This document shows, in pieces, positions 1-8,883 of a stretch of DNA of 32,000 bases. Every line of letters starts with the position of its first letter. Position 1 is the stretch's first letter. The DNA lies in assembly GCF_000284115.1 (NCBI RefSeq), contig NC_017080.1, positions 2,070,001 to 2,102,000 on the forward strand, read 5' to 3'. Made by a program: the position numbers and the translations under genes. The stretch is from Phycisphaera mikurensis NBRC 102666 (lineage in GTDB: Bacteria; Planctomycetota; Phycisphaerae; Phycisphaerales; Phycisphaeraceae). The notes under the pieces were generated by a model that worked only from the letters and a program-made list of their open reading frames with translations, searched no databases and had not been told where the DNA came from.

Positions 1-592
1 AGCGCTTGTCGGTGGCGGACAGCCGGTCCGCGGCGGTGTAGCCCAGGCCGAAGTAGCGGTCGCCGATGGCGTCCCAGAAGGCGTTGCCGCCGTCGGGCCG
101 CACCGGCGGGCGCAGCTCGGCGAGCGTGGTGTCGGCGAAACCGGCGAGGTCACGCCGCATGAAGAGGTAGCGGCAGCCCGAGAGCAGCCGGCCCAGCCCC
201 GCCGCGGAGCCGCGGGCGCCGGGGTGGAGCAGCAGCGTGCCGACCTCGGTCGGCCCGTGGTGCCGGGCCTCGAGGTGCAGCGTGGCGATGTCGCGGGTGA
301 ACCCCAGCGCGTGGCTCTGGACCGTCCGCGTCTCCAGCCGGTACGCGTACCACGGCTCGCCGGTGCCGACCCGCCGGACGAGGCCGGACACACCGACGAC
401 CGCGCCGGAGGGGTCTTCCATCGCCATCAGCGGCGCCTCGCCGCGGCGCGAGGCCTCGACGCGGGCCGCGATGAAGCTCCCGTCGGCGGGCAGCGAGGTG
501 AAGGCTTGGCCGGCGGTCTCCGCCAGCGCCAGGAGCGCCGGCACGTCCTGCTCGCGCACGCCGCGGACCGTGTGGGGTTGGAGCGGTTTCAT
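1..592 (-). CDS. astA: arginine N-succinyltransferase (AstA-like); N-terminal 197 codons only, gene continues past window start
   Basis: Absent from the ORF track because it runs off the window edge. Manual translation from ATG at 592 stays open to base 1: MKPLQPHTVRGVREQDVPALLALAETAGQAFTSLPADGSFIAARVE...GEPWYAYRLETRTVQSHALGF...HHGPTEVGTLLLHPGARGSAAGLGRLLSGCRYLFMRRDLAGFADTTLAELRPPVRPDGGNAFWDAIGDRYFGLGYTAADRL. It is colinear with remembered E. coli AstA landmarks (LTSLPA, DPWY.YR, LFL.P..R..G.G.LLS..RF.FM, AEMRG, SPFW..LG..FF). The start overlaps the upstream stop (ATGA at 589-592). Confidence 0.8.
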   Translation of the reverse strand, partial: MKPLQPHTVRGVREQDVPALLALAETAGQAFTSLPADGSFIAARVEASRRGEAPLMAMEDPSGAVVGVSGLVRRVGTGEPWYAYRLETRTVQSHALGFTRDIATLHLEARHHGPTEVGTLLLHPGARGSAAGLGRLLSGCRYLFMRRDLAGFADTTLAELRPPVRPDGGNAFWDAIGDRYFGLGYTAADRLSATDKR

Positions 593-1863
593 GCGGCGGT
601 CCGCGGATTCAAGAGCGCTTCGCCTCCGTCGGCGAGGCGGAGCAGCAGGCGGGCGGTGGCGTCGGCCCGCTCCTGGAGGCTGTCGATGACGAGGTACTCC
701 TCGCCGGTGTGGATGTGGTCGCCGCGGACGCCCAGCGTGTCGACCACGGGGCAGCCGGCGGCGGCGATGCGGTTGCCGTCGCACACACCCCCGGTTTCGC
801 GGAGGCCGGGCCGGGCCCCGCTGGCGGCTTCGACCGCGTCGCGGGCGGCGTCGAGCAGCGTGGCGGTCGCGCCCGCGGCCGGCCGCGGCGGCGCGTGCGC
901 CACCCGCAGCACCTCGACCTCCACGCCGAAGCGGTGCGCCGCCGCGGCGGCCGCGCCGCGGACCGCGGCCTCCGCGGCGGCCTCCGCGTCGCGGTCCGCG
1001 GCGCGGGTGTTCAGCCGGAGCACCGCGGCGTCGGCCACGGCGTTGGCCGGGCCGCCGCCGTCGACGGCGCCGCAGTTGAAGGTGCAGCCGGGGCGGTCGT
1101 TGAGCTCCACCATCGCGGCCACCGCCGCGCAGGCCGCGTGCACCGCGCTGCGCCCGGCCGCGAAGTCCCGCCCGGCGTGGGCCGCCCTCCCGCGGAAGCC
1201 GATCGACCAGCGGGACGACCCGCCGCGGGCGCCCACCAGCGAGCCATCCGGCAGCGACGGCTCGAAGAGCAGCGCCGCGTGGTGCCGGCGCGCCTCCTCT
1301 GCCAGCAGGCCCGCGGAGCCCGGCGAGCCGATCTCCTCGTCGGGGTTGAGCACCACCGTCCACCCCAGCCGTTGTTTCTGCCGCTGCGTCGCCGCCGCCT
1401 CGAAGCGCTCCAGCCCGCCGAGCATCACCGCGATGCCGCCGCGGGCGTCGGCCACGCCGGGGCCGATCAACCGGTCGCCCTCCACCCTCACCGGCACCGC
1501 CGAGGCCTCCGGCCCGTGCACCGTGTCGGCGTGGATGTTCAGCAGGACGCGGAACGGGGCGTCGGCCCGCTTCCGCGCGACCGCGGCGGCGCACAGCGGC
1601 GTGGAGGCGGCGCGGCCGCGGGCGTCGAGGTCGGCGACGGCGGGGAGTCCGACCCGCTCCACCGCGCCGGCCAGCGGGGCGAGGGCTTCCGCGGCGATCC
1701 GCTCGAGCAGCGCATCGACGGCGGGCTGATCGGCGGTGCCGCCGCCGGCGTCGCACCACGCGCGGACGCGGTCGAGCAGGAGCTGGGAGTGAGAGCGGGT
1801 CAAGACGGAGTGCGGGTGCAAGCGGGAACCCGTCGCCCGAGGCGAAGGGTGGGAGCCGATCAC
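589..1863 (-). CDS. M20 family metallopeptidase/deacylase (ArgE/DapE/CPG2-like)
   Basis: C-terminal 405-425 aa of track ORF 589..2874. M20 metal-ligand motifs are present: LLNIHADTVH, GPGVADARGG, NPDEEIGSPGS. No in-frame ATG exists. I chose GTG at 1863; TTG at 1803 is the alternative. The rest of the 761-aa ORF is antisense to motA and was discarded. Confidence 0.8.
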   Translation of the reverse strand: MIGSHPSPRATGSRLHPHSVLTRSHSQLLLDRVRAWCDAGGGTADQPAVDALLERIAAEALAPLAGAVERVGLPAVADLDARGRAASTPLCAAAVARKRADAPFRVLLNIHADTVHGPEASAVPVRVEGDRLIGPGVADARGGIAVMLGGLERFEAAATQRQKQRLGWTVVLNPDEEIGSPGSAGLLAEEARRHHAALLFEPSLPDGSLVGARGGSSRWSIGFRGRAAHAGRDFAAGRSAVHAACAAVAAMVELNDRPGCTFNCGAVDGGGPANAVADAAVLRLNTRAADRDAEAAAEAAVRGAAAAAAHRFGVEVEVLRVAHAPPRPAAGATATLLDAARDAVEAASGARPGLRETGGVCDGNRIAAAGCPVVDTLGVRGDHIHTGEEYLVIDSLQERADATARLLLRLADGGEALLNPRTAA

Positions 1864-2047
1864 CCCGAGCCCGGCCCCGGCGGCCGCCCGGTGGATCTTG
1901 CTGGACGCCGCCGACGCTAGCCGGTGGGGCCGGCCTGTCAAGGCGGCGAAAGCGTCGCCCCGAGCCCGCCGCCGCGCGAGGCCGCGCGGCCCTCCGAGGC
2001 GGCGACGGCGGGCCCACGGTCCGCATTGCACCCACCCCCGCCCGTCC

Positions 2048-2055
2048 GCCGATAA
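2048..2055 (+). promoter_or_regulatory. sigma-28 (FliA)-like -10 element GCCGATAA upstream of motA
   Basis: 8/8 match to the enterobacterial FliA -10 consensus GCCGATAA, ending 9 nt before the motA ATG (2065). The expected -35 TAAA, 15 nt upstream, is not present (CACC at 2029-2032). Only half the promoter is supported. Confidence 0.3.
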
Positions 2056-2064
2056 CGCCGGCTC

Positions 2065-2835
2065 ATGGACCTCGGCCTGATCATCGGATTCATCGGCACC
2101 TGGGCCATCATCCTCGTGGCCATGCTGCTCGGCGGGTCGATCATGACCTACGTCGACGTCCCGTCGGTCATCATGATCTTCGGCGGGTCCATCACCGTGG
2201 TGCTCTTCTGCTTCCCGATGGGCAAGGTCAAGGGCGTCTTCGGCGTCGGCCTCAAGGCCCTGTTCTGGAAGAGCAGCTCCGTCGCCGACCTCATCGACGA
2301 GCTCGTCGGCTTCGCCGAGATCGCCCGCCGCGACGGCATCCTCTCGCTGGAGAGCAAGTGCCGCGAGATCGAGGACCCCTTCATCGTGCAGGGCCTGCAG
2401 ATGGCCGTCGACGGCACCGACCCCGAGCTCATCGAGCAGGTGCTGATGAACGACCTGGACAACCTGGTCGACCGGCACGAAGGCGGCAAGGCCCTCTTCG
2501 ACGCGATGACCAAGTACGCCCCGGCCATCGGCATGATCGGCACGCTGGTCGGCCTGGTCGCCATGCTCGCCGACCTTTCGGACCCCTCCGCCATCGGTGC
2601 CGGCCTCGCCGTCGCGCTGCTGACCACGCTCTACGGCGCCATGGTCGCCAACGCCTTCTCCGGCCCGCTCGCCGACCGCCTCGGCCGCCGCTCGGCCGAG
2701 GAGCTGCTTTACAAGACCATCATCCTGAAGGGCGTGATGAGCATCCAGCAGGGCGACAACCCGCGGGTGGTGGAGCAGAAGCTGAAGACGTTTCTGCCGC
2801 CGAGCGAGCGGAAGGCTGTTGAAGAGGCCGCGTAG
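2065..2835 (+). CDS. motA: flagellar stator protein MotA/PomA family (proton/sodium channel)
   Basis: 256 aa with four hydrophobic segments. The MotA/TolQ/ExbB C-terminal signature is present: YAPAIGMIGTLVGLVAMLADLSDPSAIGAGLAVALLTTLYGAMVANAFSGPLADRL. motB follows directly. Confidence 0.9.
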   Translation: MDLGLIIGFIGTWAIILVAMLLGGSIMTYVDVPSVIMIFGGSITVVLFCFPMGKVKGVFGVGLKALFWKSSSVADLIDELVGFAEIARRDGILSLESKCREIEDPFIVQGLQMAVDGTDPELIEQVLMNDLDNLVDRHEGGKALFDAMTKYAPAIGMIGTLVGLVAMLADLSDPSAIGAGLAVALLTTLYGAMVANAFSGPLADRLGRRSAEELLYKTIILKGVMSIQQGDNPRVVEQKLKTFLPPSERKAVEEAA

Positions 2836-2888
2836 CGGCCGGCAAGCGAAGAAGCGGGGAAGCCGCTGCCTCACGATCGGATGAACCC

Positions 2889-3659
2889 ATGAGCCGAAAG
2901 TGCAAATGCCCCCCCGAAGGCGCCCCCGAGTGGATGACCACCTATGGGGACATGATGACGCTCCTGCTCTGCTTCTTCGTGCTCATCGTCTCGTTCAGCG
3001 AGGTGAAGAAGGAGGACGAGTTCCAGGCGGTCGTCCGCGAGATCAAGCAAGCCTTCGGCATCCACGGCGGCGGCGGCAAGATCCCGGTGACCGACGACCC
3101 GACGCTGAGCTTCATCCAGCGGCTCGACGAGACGCGGATGCGGCAGGAGAAGATCGAGAACCGGGCCAACACGAAGCAGCCGGGCCAGCAGGGCAAGGAG
3201 GCGAAGGTCACCAAGATCCGCGAGGGCATGCTGATCGGTGCGGGCGGCCGCATCACCTTCGACCCCGGCTCCGCCACGCTCTCCCGCGAGGTGAAAGAGG
3301 CGCTGGTGAGCCTGGTGGAGGAGGCGAAGATCCGCGGCACCGAGAACGTGCTGGAGCTGCGGGGCCACGCCGACGCGCTGGAGCTGCCCGAGGGCGGGAA
3401 CGGCGTCTTCGAGGACGCATGGGACCTCTCGGCTGCGCGGGCGAAGGCGGTCTTCGCGTTCATGACCCGGCCGGCACCCGACGGCCTCGCGCTGCGGAGC
3501 GACCGCTTCCGCCTCTCGTCGAACAGCTCGCGGGAGCCGCTGAATCCCAGGGCGTACACCACCGCCGACGCCGCGGGCAACCGCCGCGTCGAGGTGCTGG
3601 TGAGCGAAACGCTCGTCGAGCAGCTCAAGGCGCCCGAGACCCTCTCGTCGGCGGGCTGA
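2889..3659 (+). CDS. motB: flagellar stator protein MotB (OmpA-like peptidoglycan-binding C-terminus)
   Basis: 256 aa. The N-terminal plug/TM region carries the conserved Asp (EWMTTYGDMMTLLLCFFVLIV). The C-terminal OmpA/MotB motif is present: LELRGHAD...WDLSAARAKAVFAFM...GNRRVEVLV. Confidence 0.9.
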   Translation: MSRKCKCPPEGAPEWMTTYGDMMTLLLCFFVLIVSFSEVKKEDEFQAVVREIKQAFGIHGGGGKIPVTDDPTLSFIQRLDETRMRQEKIENRANTKQPGQQGKEAKVTKIREGMLIGAGGRITFDPGSATLSREVKEALVSLVEEAKIRGTENVLELRGHADALELPEGGNGVFEDAWDLSAARAKAVFAFMTRPAPDGLALRSDRFRLSSNSSREPLNPRAYTTADAAGNRRVEVLVSETLVEQLKAPETLSSAG

Positions 3660-3800
3660 CGAGCGCTCGATGGCCGGAGCCGGGGGCGGCGGCCACGCGT
3701 CTCCGCCGGCGGGTGCGTGCCCGGGCCGTGTTCGCCCGCGGCCCGCCGAGGAGCTACCTTCCGCCTCCTGTCAACACTCGACATCTTCCGAGGCCACCCG

Positions 3801-4721
3801 ATGAACGTCCCGATCCGATCCGCCACCGCCGCCGCCACTGCCACCCGCGCCCTCGCCCTCGCCCTCGTGCTGTCGCTCGCGGGGCCCGCGGCGGCGGCAC
3901 CCGGAGCGCCGGCCTCGGGGCCGGACGCTCCGGCGGGCCACCGCTGGGTCCTCAACGAGGCCTTTAGCGACGAGTTCGACGGCGACACGCTCGACCGCTC
4001 GAAGTGGAACGACGTCTTCCCCGGCTGGAAGGGGCGACCGCCGGGTCTGTTCCTGCCCGAGAACGTCAGCGTCGCGGACGGCTTCCTGCAGATCCGCAGC
4101 GTGCCGCTGGATCCGCCGCGCGAGGACGGGAAGTGGACGATCGGCTGCGGCGCCATCCAGTCGGTGACCCAGGTCGCGCCCTACGGCTACCACGAGACGC
4201 GGGTGAAGGCCTCGAGCGTGTCGACCTCGACGACGTTCTGGCTGAAGCGCCGCGCCGAGGCGGGCGAGGACCCGCGGAAGTCCACGGAGCTGGACATCAT
4301 GGAGGCGATCGGCAACGCGCAGCGGTTTGCCGGCTTCGCCACGCAGATGCGGTCGAACACGCACCTCAACTACCCCGACCTGCTCGGCGACGACGGCAAG
4401 CCCCTCAACCTCAAGGCGGGCGCCAACACGGTGCTGCCCGGCGGCGCCCGCGTGGACGGCGGCTTCCACACCTACGGCTGCTGGTGGGTGGACGCGACGA
4501 CCATGCACTTCTTCCTCGACGGAGAGCACGTGCACACCATCGAGGTCTCCACCGAGGTCGAGCCCGAGCCCATGAACAAGCCGATGTTCCTCAACGCGGT
4601 CTGCGAGACCTACGCGTGGGAGCACCCGCCGCACCGCGAAAATCTGCTCGACGCCAGCAAGAACACCACGCGCTACGACTGGATCCGCAGCTGGACGCTG
4701 GAGAAGATCGAGGCCGACTGA
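3801..4721 (+). CDS. secreted glycoside hydrolase family 16 (beta-agarase/porphyranase/carrageenase-like)
   Basis: Trimmed to ATG 3801, which gives a signal peptide (MNVPIRSATAAATATRALALALVLSLAGPAAAAP). The GH16 catalytic motif ExDxxE is present as STELDIMEAIG. The N-terminal W..NEAFSDEFDG..LD.SKW....PGWKGR.PGLF...NVSV.DG.L pattern is typical of the marine galactanase clades of GH16. Confidence 0.85.
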   Translation: MNVPIRSATAAATATRALALALVLSLAGPAAAAPGAPASGPDAPAGHRWVLNEAFSDEFDGDTLDRSKWNDVFPGWKGRPPGLFLPENVSVADGFLQIRSVPLDPPREDGKWTIGCGAIQSVTQVAPYGYHETRVKASSVSTSTTFWLKRRAEAGEDPRKSTELDIMEAIGNAQRFAGFATQMRSNTHLNYPDLLGDDGKPLNLKAGANTVLPGGARVDGGFHTYGCWWVDATTMHFFLDGEHVHTIEVSTEVEPEPMNKPMFLNAVCETYAWEHPPHRENLLDASKNTTRYDWIRSWTLEKIEAD

Positions 4722-4787
4722 GCGAACCCAGACCCGGCCGGCGGAGGCCGCGGGCGCGGATCCTCGGCGGGATGCGTCCTAGCGCAC

Positions 4788-4929
4788 CGTGCGCAATTTT
4801 TCGATCGCCTCTGCGGGCGAGTCGTGCCCCTCGCTTCGGCGGCTGCATCGCCCTGCAGGGGCAGGGCTGCTTCGCCTCCTCACGAGGAACACGACGCGCG
4901 GACGCAGGCCGATCGGAAAATTGCGCACG
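4788..4929. repeat. 20-bp inverted repeat pair (1 mismatch) with AT-rich cores, in the convergent GH16/cysE intergenic region
   Basis: CGTGCGCAATTTTTCGATCG (4788-4807) versus CGATCGGAAAATTGCGCACG (4910-4929). 19 of 20 positions are complementary, with a 102-bp spacer. The left arm also forms a local GCGCAC/GTGCGC hairpin followed by AATTTTT. Confidence 0.6.
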
Positions 4930-4934
4930 ATGCT

Positions 4935-5891
<957 letters not shown>

Positions 5892-6344
5892 GGGCCGAGT
5901 ATGCGCTGGGTGGTCCGCGGGGCGGGCTCCGCCCACGCGGAGGCCGGAACCCGAGCGGAGACCGGCGCAGCAACGCACACGATCCTCAGCGCCTTCGCGC
6001 GCGCCGCCGCGCGCGGGAGGGGCCGCTAAACTCCGGCCTCAGCGGCCCCGTGCGAGGCCCGGGGCACCCATGTGCTCGAACCAAGTCGATCCTCAGGGGA
6101 GCGGAGTCGGGCACAACGGTCAAGCCGTCCACGAGCGGAAGGCCCGGGAGCCCCGGCGAAGCGCCCACCTTCAACTGAGGTTCGAGCTCATTCGCCCCCG
6201 ACCCCGCACGGGCCCGCTCGGACGCCCAAGCCGCCGCCGCGACGCGGCGCGGCGCGGTGTCGGTCGCCACCGGATTCCGCGGACCGCCGGCCCCCGCGGC
6301 GTTCGCGGCCGGCGATCCGCGGGACCCCGGCGGAGCGGGCTCGA

Positions 6345-7535
6345 TCAGAAGCCGACGATCTCGAGCCCGAGAGCCCGCTCGGCCAACCAGGCCGCGGCGA
6401 GCAGCGCGACCAGCGCCGAGCCGACCCGCAGCGCCACGACGCGGTAGAAGGCCGTCGCCCGCAGGAGCCAGGCGACCGGGAAGAAGGCGGCGACGATCGC
6501 GAGCTGGCCCAGCTCGACGCCAACGTTGAAACCCAGCAGGGCGACGCCCAGGCCGGTGCCGCCGAGGCCGAGATCGCGGAGCACGCTCGCGAAGCCGAAG
6601 CCGTGCAGCAGCCCGAACGCGAAGGCGATGCCGACGCCGGTCAGCGGCAGCCTCGGGGCCAGGTTGTGCACGGCCGACACGATGATCGAGGCGGCGATGA
6701 CCGACTCCACCAGCCGCGACGGCGGCTCGACCCAGCCGGTCGTCGCGAGCCAGAGCGTGACCGAGTGGGCGACGGTGAAGGAGGTCACCAGCGCGAGGAT
6801 GCCGCCCGCCGCGGGCGCGAAGGCCGGCGCCGGCGTCCACCGGCCTCCGCTGCGCAGGAGCACCGCGGGCAGCATCAGCGTGATCAGGAAGAGCACGTGG
6901 TCGAGCCCGATCCAGATGTGGTACACGCCCTCGCGGACGAAGCCGAGGAAGGACGCGGCGGAGCGGCCGCCGCCCGCGGCGAGGTCCAGCCGCGTCGCGT
7001 CCGCGTCCGGCCCGAGCACGGCGGGGGCGGAGGGCCCCTCCCCGGCGTCGACGAAGACGAGGCCGCGATGGGTGGGATCCGCGTCGAAGAGCAGGCGGTA
7101 GCGGACGGCGAGGGTGGCGGGTTCCGCCTCCGCGTCGGTGCCGACCGCGAGCACGGCGTACGCCCCGTCGGAGTGGTCGGTCACGAGCAGATCGTCGAGG
7201 CGGAGCGTCAACGGCACCCCGTCGGCTTCCAGGCCCAGCCGCGAGAGCGTGGCGGCGGCGATCTCGCTCCGCTTGGCCTTCAGCTCGCCCCAGGTGAGCG
7301 CGCTGTCGCCGTCGGCATCGAGGCCCACCAGGAAGTCGAGGTCCTTCAGCGAGACGTCCCACCGCAGACGCACGGGCGTGTCGGAGGGCGCGGCAACCGC
7401 GTCGCCCGCTCGCGCCGCGGGCCCGACGAGCACGCGGAGGTAGCTGTCGCTGGGCTTGTGCGCCGCGGCGGGCGTCGCCCCCAGGGCCGCCAGGAGGGCC
7501 GCGAACAGGAGCGGGAGCGGGTGGAGGCGCCTCAC
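6345..7535 (-). CDS. HupE/UreJ-family membrane protein with an N-terminal periplasmic domain (putative metal permease)
   Basis: GTG start at 7535 overlaps the stop of the upstream TPR gene (GTGA at 7532-7535). The signal peptide ends in AAAHKPSDSYL. The C-terminal half matches the HupE/UreJ-type TM core: HIWIGLDHVLFLITLMLP...FTVAHSVTL...GLLHGFGFASVL...GFNVGVELGQL. Confidence 0.85.
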   Translation of the reverse strand: MRRLHPLPLLFAALLAALGATPAAAHKPSDSYLRVLVGPAARAGDAVAAPSDTPVRLRWDVSLKDLDFLVGLDADGDSALTWGELKAKRSEIAAATLSRLGLEADGVPLTLRLDDLLVTDHSDGAYAVLAVGTDAEAEPATLAVRYRLLFDADPTHRGLVFVDAGEGPSAPAVLGPDADATRLDLAAGGGRSAASFLGFVREGVYHIWIGLDHVLFLITLMLPAVLLRSGGRWTPAPAFAPAAGGILALVTSFTVAHSVTLWLATTGWVEPPSRLVESVIAASIIVSAVHNLAPRLPLTGVGIAFAFGLLHGFGFASVLRDLGLGGTGLGVALLGFNVGVELGQLAIVAAFFPVAWLLRATAFYRVVALRVGSALVALLAAAWLAERALGLEIVGF

Positions 7536-8716
7536 GGCCGTCCTCCGGGGGCGAGCGCGTCGAGCAGCGGGGCCAGGTCCGCGTCCTCGGTCCCGGCGTC
7601 GCGGAGGAACGCGACCACCCCGCCGGCCGCGGCCGGCCGCCCCGCGGCGAGCGCGGCCTCGAGCACGTTGCGGCTGTCGCGGGGCTGCTTCTGGAGGTCC
7701 CAGTTCTGCAGCGCGACCTCCAGGGCGCGCCGCGCGTCGCCTTGCAGCTCCAGCTCGAAGCGGCTCTCGTAGCGGCCGTGCGGGTCGCTCCCGCGGAGGC
7801 GGATCTCCGCGAACCGGTCGGCGAGCCGGCGGGTGGACGCGGCGGCCGCTCCGCCCTCGCCGGCCCGCGTGGCGGCAAGAGCGTGGGCGAGCAGCAGGCC
7901 GGTGTCCGACAGGCGGGCGGCCGCGAGCGGCAGCACCGCGGCGGGCCGGCCGCGGTCGAGCAGGAAGTCGGCGTAGGCCCGGAGCAGGTACGCGTCGCCG
8001 GGGTCGCGGGCGAGTCCGGCGCGGAAGCGGGCTTCGGCCGCGTCGAAGCGGCCCAGGGCGCGGGCGGCGTCGGCGGCGACGACGTCGGCGAAGCCGCGGA
8101 GCGCCGGCGGCGTGCCGGGGTCGGCGAGAAGGGCGTCCGCGTCGGCAAGGGCCCGCTCCGCGTGACCGGTCACGACGTCCAGCGGCAGACGGGCGGCGGT
8201 CGCCGCGGCGTCCTCGCCGGCGGCCTCGAGCCGCGCGACCGCCGCCCGGGCCGCCGGGTAGTCCCCGAGCACGTAGTGCAGGTTCGCGACCTCCAGGAGA
8301 GCCTGCGGGTCGTCCGCGGCCCGGTCCAGGACGCTCCGCTGGTCCGCGAGGGCCCCGCGGTAGTCGTGGTCCCGCTCGCGGAGCTTCGCCCGCAGCCGGA
8401 GGACGGCCAGCGGCGGATCCTCCAGCCCCCACCACGGCGAGAGGGCGGCCCGGGCGTGGCCGAAGAACCGGGGATCGTCCTCGCGACGCGCGATCTCCAG
8501 GGAGTCCGCCGCGAGCCGCACCGCCGCGTCGGTGTCCCGCGGGTCCTCGGCGAGCCGGGCCCGCAGCCCGGCCAGCCGGTCGCCCGCGGCGAAGAGCACC
8601 CGCGGGATCCGCTCGAGCACCTCGTCGTCGGACGCGGGGCGGCGGGGCTCGCCCGCCCCCGCGGTGGCCGCCCCGAGCAGCGCGATCGAGGCGAGAGCGA
8701 TTCTGGAACGCGGCAT
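7532..8716 (-). CDS. secreted TPR-like repeat protein
   Basis: Trimmed to ATG 8716 (MPRSRIALASIALLGAATAGAG signal peptide). It contains Ala/Leu-rich helical repeats of TPR type (LGDYPAARAAVARLEA, LGRFDAAEARFRAGLARDPGDAY). It is translationally coupled to the HupE-like gene. Confidence 0.7.
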   Translation of the reverse strand: MPRSRIALASIALLGAATAGAGEPRRPASDDEVLERIPRVLFAAGDRLAGLRARLAEDPRDTDAAVRLAADSLEIARREDDPRFFGHARAALSPWWGLEDPPLAVLRLRAKLRERDHDYRGALADQRSVLDRAADDPQALLEVANLHYVLGDYPAARAAVARLEAAGEDAAATAARLPLDVVTGHAERALADADALLADPGTPPALRGFADVVAADAARALGRFDAAEARFRAGLARDPGDAYLLRAYADFLLDRGRPAAVLPLAAARLSDTGLLLAHALAATRAGEGGAAAASTRRLADRFAEIRLRGSDPHGRYESRFELELQGDARRALEVALQNWDLQKQPRDSRNVLEAALAAGRPAAAGGVVAFLRDAGTEDADLAPLLDALAPGGRP

Positions 8717-8883
8717 CGCGGGAAACCTACGGCCAACCCGGGGCGGCGGATGCCTCCGGTGCCGGCGGAGGCCTCCTCCGCGGCCCCGGGGCATCCAGGC
8801 GGCTGCAGACGCCGTACAACACCGGCGGGCGGAACGCCCGTCGCCGCTCGCGGCGTTCACCACCACCATCTTTCGGCTCCTCC

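Noticed and set aside
150-353. 67-aa minus-strand ORF 150..353
   Set aside because: It is out of frame with the AstA reading frame, which covers the same bases and has strong family similarity. Its composition is Arg/Pro/Ala-rich.
224-1920. Long plus-strand ORFs 224..1729 (501 aa), 237..689 and 709..1920 (403 aa)
   Set aside because: They are Ala/Arg/Pro/Ser-rich low-complexity translations, antisense to astA and the M20 peptidase, both of which carry clear family motifs. These are typical shadow ORFs of high-GC DNA.
6061-6198. Possibility that the structured element is tmRNA, RNase P RNA, SRP RNA or a tRNA-like gene
   Set aside because: - **tmRNA:** it starts GGGGC and has a GTTCGAG loop, but it is only ~140 nt, with no tag-ORF ending in LAA-stop and no matching 3' acceptor/CCA-proximal strand.
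- **RNase P:** it lacks the conserved GAGGAAAGUCCGGGC and ACAGAA blocks.
- **SRP:** it lacks the GGAA-tetraloop / AGCAGC domain IV pattern.

It is kept only as an unclassified candidate.
5986-8883. ORFs 5986..8148 (720 aa, minus), 6072..7772 (plus), 7742..9049 (plus), and the first 476 codons of 7456..9927
   Set aside because: They are Arg/Pro/Gly-rich with no motifs, and they overlap the HupE-like and TPR genes in other frames or strands. Only the segment from ATG 8884 onward (DUF4331) looks like a real protein.
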